This document shows positions 1 to 7,907 of a DNA stretch of 58,364 nt, in pieces. The translations under genes and the position numbers were made by a program. The stretch comes from Microseira sp. BLCC-F43 (lineage in GTDB: Bacteria > Cyanobacteriota > Cyanobacteriia > Cyanobacteriales > Aerosakkonemataceae): assembly GCF_041929235.1 (NCBI RefSeq), contig NZ_JBHFNP010000225.1, positions 1-58,364 of the forward strand, read 5' to 3'. Each line of letters starts with the position of its first letter. Within the stretch, counting starts at the first letter, position 1. The notes below the pieces were generated by a model. The model searched no databases. It saw only the letters and a program-made list of their open reading frames with translations, and was not told where the DNA came from.

Positions 1-1
1 T

Positions 2-241
2 GATGTCAAATCAGGAAATTTCCCCTTTGTGCCACTAGAAGCTGGGGACAGTTTGCTAGCTGGGACAGATGATTGGGAACTGGTGCGGGTTCTAGTAATT
101 GGTTCTCACAGAGGAGTCAATTCTACAATTCGCACGCTTTATGTCGTTCGGTTTGCTCAAATTGACGAGTGGAGTCCCTTGTTACCTGCACCCGCTTCTG
201 GTGAGGTGATGAGTATTTTGACTCGGCGAATCAAGTTCTAG
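2..241 (+). CDS. Hypothetical protein, probably the C-terminal part of a gene that starts upstream of the window. The frame is open back to base 2.
   Basis: ORF track lists 29..241. No in-frame stop lies between base 2 and 29. No recognisable motifs. Confidence 0.2.
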   Translation, partial: DVKSGNFPFVPLEAGDSLLAGTDDWELVRVLVIGSHRGVNSTIRTLYVVRFAQIDEWSPLLPAPASGEVMSILTRRIKF

Positions 242-390
242 TGAATCATTAAGTACGATTGGGGGCGATCGCGTGCTGATGGAAGGATGCGATCGCCCAG
301 TTGCGTTCTGGGGTAGCGAAGGCGTATGTGTTCCACGCTCGGTTGCTAAGATGATTGTAATTATCATCGAGAATCCAGCATCAAACTAAT

Positions 391-861
391 ATGAAACTCC
401 CAAATTATCGAATTGGCGACCCAATTTTACCAACCGAATCAGAAGCGGCTATGGCACTAGCGAGTAGCCACATTTTGGCATCTTACTTAGAAAATCGAGA
501 AGGCAGTTGCACCATCAAACTGATGGAAGATGAAACTAACGGAAAAACAATAGAAATTCCGGCTCATGTCATGCAACTCTTGGTGGAGATTTTAGTACAT
601 ACGGGGATGGAACACCCGGTCAAAATTAAACCGTATACAAAAGAACTCGCAGACTATCAAGCCGCCGACATTTTGGGTATCACCCGTCACCAGGTATGGG
701 AATTAATGAACTCTGGCAAAATTCCCTATAAGATAGTCAGAAATGTCCATCGGATAAATTACCAAGATGTAATTGAGTATAAAAAGCAGGATGACGCGAG
801 ACGCGATCAAATTATGGATGAGCTGGTTGCTGAATCTCAAGCACTCGGTTTGTACGATTAA
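391..861 (+). CDS. Excisionase-family HTH DNA-binding protein, possible antitoxin partner of the downstream PIN fragment.
   Basis: The C-terminal segment ADILGITRHQVWELMNSGKIPYKIVRNVHRINYQDV is a typical MerR/Xis-type helix-turn-helix. A 4-nt gap separates it from the next ORF (operon-like). Confidence 0.5.
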   Translation: MKLPNYRIGDPILPTESEAAMALASSHILASYLENREGSCTIKLMEDETNGKTIEIPAHVMQLLVEILVHTGMEHPVKIKPYTKELADYQAADILGITRHQVWELMNSGKIPYKIVRNVHRINYQDVIEYKKQDDARRDQIMDELVAESQALGLYD

Positions 862-864
862 GTC

Positions 865-1095
865 ATGGCAAATTTCACAGTCGTCTACGATGCTAATGTT
901 TTATATTCAGCATCTTTGCGGGATTTTTTAGTTGAGCTGGCGCTGACAAAGCTGATTGAGGCGCGTTGGACGGAAGAAATCCACTCAGAATGGATCAGAA
1001 ATGTGCTTAAAAACCGTCCTGACACTACGATTGAACGACTCAACAGAACTAAAAATATGATGAATTCAAGTGTTGAAAATAGTCTGGTGACTTAA
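865..1095 (+). pseudogene. PIN-domain (VapC-like) toxin, N-terminal fragment only. Probably truncated by the repeat element that follows.
   Basis: The N-terminus FTVVYDANVLYSASLRDFL matches the first acidic motif of PIN domains. At 76 aa it is about half the normal length. The hairpin-MITE at 1186..1350 follows directly. Confidence 0.4.
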
Positions 1096-1185
1096 TAAAG
1101 CTAAGAGTTTGGGAATTCAAAACCCCCCGTATTTCAAGGGCAAGACTAGCGATGAAATTCGGATGTGGCTGACCCAGCATTCTTA

Positions 1186-1350
1186 GCTGAGAAATATTTA
1201 CCCGCTGGGAAATAAATTTCCCAGCTAATAGCTAAAGTCCACTTAAGTGGACTGAAATTGCTCATCAGTCCTCTTGAGAGGACTTAAGCTATTAGCCAGG
1301 GATTTTAATCCCTGGCGGGTGATGCCGTTGATGCAAGATCTCAGCAGAAC
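1186..1350. repeat. MITE-like element made of four tandem perfect hairpins (copy 1).
   Basis: The four hairpins are ctgggaaat-aa-atttcccag, agtccac-ttaa-gtggact, agtcctc-ttga-gaggact and cagggatt-ttaa-tccctg. The element is flanked by agctgaga and tctcagc. A second copy lies at 12815..13020. Confidence 0.6.
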
Positions 1351-1369
1351 AATATTGGTTAGATGAAAT

Positions 1370-1396
1370 GGTGCGTTACGCTATCGCTAACGCACC
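1370..1396. terminator. Hairpin GGTGCGTTACGCTATCGCTAACGCACC directly downstream of the cobN-like stop. A member of a dispersed hairpin family.
   Basis: A perfect inverted repeat GGTGCGTTA..TAACGCACC. The same element occurs at 10724..10750 and 19925..19951, each time at a 3' gene end. Confidence 0.45.
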
Positions 1397-1403
1397 CTAC
1401 TGA

Positions 1404-4400
1404 TTAAATTGTTACGCCTTCCAATTCTTCATCTGTCAACTCATACAATTCGCGTAACTTCTGCAACTTTTCAGGATCGGCTTCCCAAAAACCTCGCCCG
1501 TGCGCTTCTAACATTCTGCCCACAATATTGCGAAAAGCTTCTGGATTTGCTTCGCGCAATTTCTTCGCCATTTCTGCATCTAAAGCATAAGTATCCGCCG
1601 CCTGATCGTAAACCCAATTATCGGTAAAATCAGCCGTACCACCCCACCCAATTAACGCCGTCATCCGTTGGGAAATTTCATACGCGCCGCCGCTACCTTG
1701 ATTCGCCATTGCATCTGCCCATTTGGGATTTAATAACTTAGTGCGATATTCCATCCTCAGCAAATCTTCTAAATTGCGCGGCGTTGTATCTTTCGAGAAA
1801 CTTTCCACAAAACTAGCATTAACCTTCTTACCTTGTTGTTTCTCCGCCGCCTTTTTCAAACCACCCGTATTGGCATAATATTCTTGAATATCGGTTAAAC
1901 CATATTCAACCGAATCAATTTCTTGCACCACGCGACGAGTACTTTGCAATAGTTGGTTTAAAACTTCCTTGCGAGATTGACCTTTATCATTTCTGCCGTA
2001 ACTGAAGGCATTGCGACTTTCCCAAGTACCCGCCAACTCTTCTCCAGAGTCCCAATTTCCATCAGTAACTCGCTCATTTACTAGCGAACCAAAATCGCCA
2101 GCGGGGTTCGAGAATAGACGCGCAGTGGGATTGGGGATATTTTGCGATCGCATCCCCAAAACATGTTTTCTGATAAAATTCATCTCCTCCGGTTCATCCG
2201 CATCCGCCGCCCGTTGAAACAGATCGTCCAACAACTCAATAATATTGACAAAACTATCGCGAAAAATCCCCGAAAGATTAGCCAAAACATCAATCCGAGG
2301 ATGCCCAACATCCTCCAAAGATTTCAACTCATAACGCACAATCCGCCCCGTACCTTCCTTGACGGGTTCCGCCCCCACCAACTCCAACAAAATCCCCAAA
2401 GATTCACCCTTAGTTTTAATCGCATCCAACCCCCACAACATAACAGCAACCGTCTCCGGATACTCCCCATGTTCCTCCAAATGTTGATCGATAATCTTCC
2501 GCCCAATTTCCCTCCCCCGTTCATAAGCACCAGCAGAAGGCATCCTATAAGGATCTAAAGCATGAATATTCCGCCCCGTAGGCAAAACACCCGCACCATC
2601 TCTTAACAAATCACCCCCCGGTGCAGGCGGAATATACTCCCCATTCAACCCCCGCAACAAATTCCTCAACTCCTCCGTATTGCGCCCCAACAACTCTCCA
2701 ATCTTTCTCCTCTCCTCTTCCTCTTCTCCGCGTCCTCTGCGTCTCTGCGGTTCATTCTCTTCCTCTCCAAAATAAGCATCAAAATACGATGCCAACTCCT
2801 CATCATTTGGTGGTTCACCCAAAGTATGCAACCCCGAAGAAAACAGACGAGTTTCCAACACTTGCAAATACTCGTACAACTTGACTAAATACTCATTAAA
2901 TGCATGGGCACTAAACATCCGGACATTCTCCGGCGTAAAAGAAATGCCCAACTTTTTAGCATCCTCAAACGGACAATCAGCCTCCAATCCCGTATCCACA
3001 ATCTTCTTACAAATCGCCTCCTTAAGCGCATAATTCTTTTGCGGATCTTCCCGATATTCCGAGATTAAATCTCGCAGCGCCACTAATTCCTTATACAACC
3101 CCGCCCTCCCGTAAGGCGGCACATTGTGAGAAATCAGCACCCCATATCCGCGACGCTTCGCCAGGATAGATTCAGATGGATTATTCGCGGCATAGATATA
3201 CAAATTGGGAACATCTCCCAATAAGATATCAGGCCAAGAATAACCTGTATTTCCTAACGGAGATCCGGGCAACCATTCAACCGTACCGTGCATTCCAAAG
3301 TGAACTACAGCATCGGCTTGAAACTCATTTTGCAACCATTTATAAAAAGCTGCATATTGGGGATGGGGCGTCATATCCCGTTCAAACATTAGTCGCATCG
3401 GGTCGCCTGCAATTCCCAAAGGTGGTTGCACGCCAATCCAAATATTTCCTAACTCGATACCGCCGATGTAATATTCATCTCCGTATGTTTTGATACCGCT
3501 GCTGGTGAGAGATTTCCACTGCTTTTCGATGCGGGTTGTGAGTAGGTAACCCAGCCATTTATCCAGAGTTTTGGCATTGACAGTGTTGTACTGATTTCCA
3601 TCAAGTATCGAGTCAATAACTGGTTCCTCTTTTTTGCTACGAATTGTAGGTTCATCTGCTTGTTTAACGCGGCGGATTAATTCTTCTCCATCTTCTGGTA
3701 ATTCGCCGACTGTGTAACCTTGTTCTTTAAGTGCTTGGAGTAATTTAAGCAGACTGCGAGGTACATTTAATAATGCAGCCGTTCCAACTGCCCCATATCC
3801 AGGCGGGAAACCGTAGAGAAGAATGGCAACTTTTCGTTTTGAAGCAGGTTTTTGTCTTAATTTAATCCAATTTTTCAATCTGCCAGTTAAACGCTTGACT
3901 CGTTCGGGAATCAGATAAATATCTTCTCCAACTAACCCGCCTAATGGCACTGTATCAATTGCTCCATCTAATTCTGGCAATGCATATAATACGACACTTT
4001 GCAATCCTCCAATACCTTGGCGCGTCCAGGAATGGATATCTTGAATTAGCAAAGGTGCGGCAACGATATAAGGTATATTCTTGGCAGTTAAAATCCTTTT
4101 TGATACTTCTATCTGGCGTCCTGCCTCCATCGAACCAGCAGGGCCACCTACGAGGGGAAATCCGATGGTAGAAACTATAGCATCTACTTGGACTGCTTCG
4201 TTAGATAGAGAAGGTGTTTCAATATTACCAAGTTGACGTTGATTGGTTTCATATTGAGTTGTCATCCAATCGCGCACGGCGACATGCCCTTCAACTCCAT
4301 TAATAAAAATAGGTAAGGGAATGAGTCCAGCTTCTTCAAAGTAGTTAATTAATTTAAGAATATAAGGCTGTTTGGTTACAACGTGTTTGCGATAAAGCAA

Positions 4401-5111
4401 AATTCCAACTACTGGCAGATGGCGGGTTTCCGGTTTCGCTTGGCGATACCATTCTAAATATTGCCGCGGCGATTCAAAATATCCTTGATAGTCTGGGTGT
4501 AACAAACCCATGTTGGGGGTTTCGACTGGGGGCGGGATTTCTCCTACTTTTAATTCCAGATATTTTTCGGCTATTGTCCAGAACATGGAGGCGACGTTAT
4601 CTGTGCCGCCAGCATTCCAATAACCGTAAATAATCAGCCAGTTTCGCAAGTCTTGGACTTTTTGTACTGGGACGTATTTTAATAGTTTCGGCCCTACTTT
4701 CAGGAAGCTGATATAACCGGCGAGTTTGTCTTCTTCTTTGCCGTTGCTGAATTTATCTAAAATGAATTTAACGGGTTTGGGCATTCCTTTGGGTTTATCG
4801 CCTATTTTGAACGCACCAATTTGGGTTAAACTCATCAATTCTAAGGCGGACTCGAAGACGAGGCGGATGGGAATCTGCTGCACTCTTTCGCGCAACCACA
4901 TTACTTGGTCGTAGTCAAAGATTAAACTGGCGAAGAAGACATCTGCGCCAACGAGTGCGTCGGCGACGACTTCTGGTGAGGTGTTGAGGGCGCGATCGCT
5001 AAACACCCGCACATCCAACTCCGGACAGCGGGAAGTCGCCAACTGTGCGGCTTTCCGGTACAAGTCAGCGTTGAAGGATTCAAACCCAGCGATCAGAACA
5101 ATGCGTTTCAT
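1404..5111 (-). CDS. cobN: CobN/magnesium-chelatase large-subunit family protein (cobaltochelatase CobN-like).
   Basis: 1235 aa. Has the full-length CobN/ChlH domain architecture. It is a paralog of the 28566..32570 protein, sharing blocks such as LRGLNGEYIPPAPGGD and PTGRNIHALDP. An acidic low-complexity insert (EEENEPQRRRGRGEEEEERR) is encoded by a CT-rich tract near 2690..2770. Confidence 0.8.
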   Translation of the reverse strand: MKRIVLIAGFESFNADLYRKAAQLATSRCPELDVRVFSDRALNTSPEVVADALVGADVFFASLIFDYDQVMWLRERVQQIPIRLVFESALELMSLTQIGAFKIGDKPKGMPKPVKFILDKFSNGKEEDKLAGYISFLKVGPKLLKYVPVQKVQDLRNWLIIYGYWNAGGTDNVASMFWTIAEKYLELKVGEIPPPVETPNMGLLHPDYQGYFESPRQYLEWYRQAKPETRHLPVVGILLYRKHVVTKQPYILKLINYFEEAGLIPLPIFINGVEGHVAVRDWMTTQYETNQRQLGNIETPSLSNEAVQVDAIVSTIGFPLVGGPAGSMEAGRQIEVSKRILTAKNIPYIVAAPLLIQDIHSWTRQGIGGLQSVVLYALPELDGAIDTVPLGGLVGEDIYLIPERVKRLTGRLKNWIKLRQKPASKRKVAILLYGFPPGYGAVGTAALLNVPRSLLKLLQALKEQGYTVGELPEDGEELIRRVKQADEPTIRSKKEEPVIDSILDGNQYNTVNAKTLDKWLGYLLTTRIEKQWKSLTSSGIKTYGDEYYIGGIELGNIWIGVQPPLGIAGDPMRLMFERDMTPHPQYAAFYKWLQNEFQADAVVHFGMHGTVEWLPGSPLGNTGYSWPDILLGDVPNLYIYAANNPSESILAKRRGYGVLISHNVPPYGRAGLYKELVALRDLISEYREDPQKNYALKEAICKKIVDTGLEADCPFEDAKKLGISFTPENVRMFSAHAFNEYLVKLYEYLQVLETRLFSSGLHTLGEPPNDEELASYFDAYFGEEENEPQRRRGRGEEEEERRKIGELLGRNTEELRNLLRGLNGEYIPPAPGGDLLRDGAGVLPTGRNIHALDPYRMPSAGAYERGREIGRKIIDQHLEEHGEYPETVAVMLWGLDAIKTKGESLGILLELVGAEPVKEGTGRIVRYELKSLEDVGHPRIDVLANLSGIFRDSFVNIIELLDDLFQRAADADEPEEMNFIRKHVLGMRSQNIPNPTARLFSNPAGDFGSLVNERVTDGNWDSGEELAGTWESRNAFSYGRNDKGQSRKEVLNQLLQSTRRVVQEIDSVEYGLTDIQEYYANTGGLKKAAEKQQGKKVNASFVESFSKDTTPRNLEDLLRMEYRTKLLNPKWADAMANQGSGGAYEISQRMTALIGWGGTADFTDNWVYDQAADTYALDAEMAKKLREANPEAFRNIVGRMLEAHGRGFWEADPEKLQKLRELYELTDEELEGVTI

Positions 5112-5228
5112 AACCCAACCCCTGAAATATTTCTTTACTTCGATCTTAAAAGGGTTGTCGGGTTTAGAGTTTGTTCAATGCAATCCCAACCTTTGAAGGA
5201 TTGGGATTGCATTGAAATCCACTATCGG

Positions 5229-6419
5229 TCAATTGCGGTTAGAAGCTTCATGTTGCTGCCGCTGGCGTTTCGCAAAAGAACCAGCACCCACAGCACCCAA
5301 CGCCAAGAATGCCAGTGCAGAAGAGGGTTCGGGAACAGATTTGGAAGTATTGGGTGTTAAGAGGAAGGCTCGCTGTTGACCATTGTAAAAGCCGCGACCC
5401 ACAATCTGTCCCGCATTGTTGATGTCTACTACACTGTTTAGTGTCCAGCCAGGAGCGGAAACCAAGTCGTTGAGGTCGCTGATGCCACTGCTCTTTTCCC
5501 AGAAGAAGGGACGATTTTGCCCAGAAGTGATGTATGAGTAACCAATTACCTGGCCTAAGTTATTGATGTCAATGGGATTGATTCCGTTATCCCCTAGAGT
5601 ACCCAAGTCAGTCATGCCGCTGCTCTTTTCCCACAAGAAGGCGTGATTTTGCCCATTAGCGATGTTGGATTGACCAACCACTTGACCTAAGTTGTTAATG
5701 GCATAAGCAGCGCTAAAGTTACCCCCCAGAGTACCCAGGTTAGTCATGCCGCCGCTCTTTTCCCACAAGAAGGCGCGATCGCCATCAGTGGTGGATGAGT
5801 AACCAACCACCTGACCATAGTCGTTGATGGCTGTGCCATAAGTATAGCTATAGCCATAATAACTCCCCAGTGTACCTAGGTTAATCATGTCGCTGCCCTT
5901 TTCCCACACGAAGGCGCGATTTTGCCCATAACCAGAAAAGTAGGTGTATGTGTTACCAAGCATCTGACCTAAATTGTTGATGGCTGTGGCAAAGGCATAG
6001 CCATAGATACTTCTCGGTGGACCCAGCTCAATCATGCCGCTGCTCTTGTCCCAGAAGAAGGGATTTTCCCCATAGTTGTTCGCTCTATTACCAACGACTT
6101 GACCTAAGTCGTTGATCGCTGTGGCATAAGTATAGCCAGACCAGTTGCCATAGCCATAGATACTTCTCGGTGGATCCAGGTTAATCATGCCGCTGCTTTT
6201 GTCCCACAAGAAGGCGCGATTTCCCCCACCAGCGGTGTTTGAGCTACCAACCACCTGACCATACTCGTTTATGGCATAGGCAGAACTAGAGTCACCCCCC
6301 AGCGTACCCAGGTCTGTGATAGAAAAACTGATAGCATCGGCTCTTTGGGCGCTGGTGATTCCCAAGAATGCAGCGGCAGTTAGTGCCATACCAACTTTGC
6401 AAGCATTGAGTATTTTCAT
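5229..6419 (-). CDS. HAF-repeat extracellular protein with a PEP-CTERM sorting signal (paralog 1 of 4).
   Basis: Signal peptide MKILNACKVGMALTAAAFLG..AQRADA. About 40-aa repeats NxxGQVVG...(R/H)AFLWEKSSGMxDLGTLGG, including HAFLW. The C-terminal VPEPSSALAFLALGAVGAG..KRQRQQ is a PEP-CTERM motif followed by a TM helix and a basic tail. Confidence 0.8.
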   Translation of the reverse strand: MKILNACKVGMALTAAAFLGITSAQRADAISFSITDLGTLGGDSSSAYAINEYGQVVGSSNTAGGGNRAFLWDKSSGMINLDPPRSIYGYGNWSGYTYATAINDLGQVVGNRANNYGENPFFWDKSSGMIELGPPRSIYGYAFATAINNLGQMLGNTYTYFSGYGQNRAFVWEKGSDMINLGTLGSYYGYSYTYGTAINDYGQVVGYSSTTDGDRAFLWEKSGGMTNLGTLGGNFSAAYAINNLGQVVGQSNIANGQNHAFLWEKSSGMTDLGTLGDNGINPIDINNLGQVIGYSYITSGQNRPFFWEKSSGISDLNDLVSAPGWTLNSVVDINNAGQIVGRGFYNGQQRAFLLTPNTSKSVPEPSSALAFLALGAVGAGSFAKRQRQQHEASNRN

Positions 6420-6740
6420 AATTTCTCCTTTCCAAATTGATTGCTACAAAAAGAACAAAGCGCACAGTGAAAAGACTCGCTCTCGTGCCCACAGGTGCGA
6501 ATGGGATTCGCCTCAGCGAGTAGGTGCTATTTCTGTTGCTGAAAACTCACATCTTTTTCTTGATTTTTCACAAATTCGGGAGAATCGCAAATCAACCGGG
6601 TTTCTCCGAAAAATCGTTGGTTTGGAACTAGAGATCTACGCAGAAACTTTGGTGATAGGAACGCCGGTTTCTCCGAAAAACTAGAGAGCGCAGCCAGAAA
6701 CTTTGGTGATAGGTGAGGTGAATCGAAAACAGGCATCAGT
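6420..6740 (-). promoter_or_regulatory. Conserved 5' leader and promoter region of HAF/PEP-CTERM gene 1. The distal part contains CACCAAAGTTTC-TIR repeat copies.
   Basis: About 200 nt directly upstream of the ATG is near-identical to 14398..14597, 15747..15950, 16368..16568 and 17718..17900. The RBS is GGAAAGGAGAAATT-ATG. Confidence 0.45.
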
Positions 6741-7240
6741 TTGCCATGACTGTTTTCTAAATGCTGAAACAGGGCTTTTTAGAACTATTCTTTCAGCCTC
6801 ATGCACTGGGAGCGATCAATTAATTCACTTGATTTAAATATTTTCATGGAAACATAACCTTCAATTCCAGCTAATTTATCAAGGTGTTTCAGTAAATCTA
6901 CCATTTTGGTGCCAACTAGATTTGACTTTCACCATATCTTCACCGTGTTTTCACGGCATCTTCAAAAATCAAATAAGTATTTTTACGTGAATTGCAGGCG
7001 AGGTGTTTGGGATGTGCGAACGCGAGTGCGGAAGGCAGGCATATCGCCCCCCCCAGAAACCCGGTTTTTCTAACCATACCTTCGCCAAAGCCGACACCCT
7101 TAAGGGTGCGGCGTGACAAACTTTGGCTGCTTTGGCAGCCAAAGTTTGTTTCAGCCTGCTCTGGCAGGCTTTGTTTGTGTAGCCCCTGGTTTTAACCTGG
7201 GGGATCTTGGCGTTTCAGAACATTGGCTCAGGTATTATCT

Positions 7241-7310
7241 AAAAAACCGGGTTTCTTGAACCCCAGAAACCCGGTTTTTCTAAAAAACCGGGTTTCTTGA
7301 ACTTGGATTG
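7241..7310. repeat. Tandem palindromic repeat AAAAACCGGGTTTCT / AGAAACCCGGTTTTT (two overlapping perfect hairpins).
   Basis: Perfect inverted repeats. The same motif recurs at 7064..7080, 12386..12400, 18305..18338, 21394..21462, 22720..22736, 24944..24978 and 46977..46992. Confidence 0.6.
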
Positions 7311-7349
7311 TAAAAAATCAAGAATTCCTCCAAAACAAGCAAACTAAAT

Positions 7350-7575
7350 ATGAACTTGGATGCGATTGTCATCGGTAGCGGCATCGGCGGTCTAACCGCC
7401 GCCGCCTGGGTCGCCCGTGACGGTAAGCAGGTATTGGTCGCAGAAAGTCACGCCATTGCGGGCGGCGCGGCTCACAGCTTCGCGCGGCGCGGCTTTACCT
7501 TTGATTCTGACCCCTCGTTCTACTGCGGCCTCAGCGACCCGCGTAGCCCATATCCGGTGTGACAGGTTCTCGATG
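7350..7575 (+). pseudogene. Duplicated 5' fragment of the CrtI-family FAD oxidoreductase gene. It forms a direct repeat with 12452..12730.
   Basis: Encodes MNLDAIVIGSGIGGLTAAA..FTFDSDPSFYCGLSDPRSPYPV and then a stop. It is nearly identical to the N-terminus of 18390..19859, and homology continues past the stop. The same upstream palindrome and leader as at 18305..18389 precede it. Confidence 0.6.
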
Positions 7576-7907
7576 GCTGAATCGAGCGATCTTGGCAGCT
7601 TGAATTCTGATTTTGAGAGAAGGCGATCGCTTTTTCACCAACTCAGGCGCGAACGCGAGTGCGGAAGGGAGGCATATCGCTCTCACACACGCACATCCAA
7701 CTTGGCGCAACCAGGCAATCAACTCGAAACATTTCTTCATCTTTCACTGAATTAAAAGAATCGTCGGCTAAAACAGATTAGGAGATTTTCCGCCAACTCA
7801 ACTCCTATGCCTGGGGTAGCCAAGCGATCAACCAAAACCCCTGTAGAAATCCCATCAAAGGACAAAAGCATCAAGTTACCAAAACTTTTATCACCTTCTT
7901 TAAGAGC

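Noticed and set aside
1200-1330. tRNA or other structured RNA gene, suggested by the multiple stem-loops.
   Set aside because: The hairpins are tandem, equal-sized and perfect, with no cloverleaf or anticodon-loop geometry. It fits a MITE better.
2142-2558. 138-aa plus-strand ORF and similar ORFs antisense to large genes (also 15374..15664, 24012..24590, 36931..37284, 41485..41886).
   Set aside because: They lie entirely inside well-supported genes on the opposite strand and have low-complexity, biased composition. They are spurious.
1404-5111. Calling this paralog magnesium chelatase ChlH (chlorophyll synthesis).
   Set aside because: The N-terminus does not resemble the ChlH start I remember, and at 1235 aa it is closer to CobN. 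I kept it at family level. Distinguishing ChlH from CobN needs a phylogeny.
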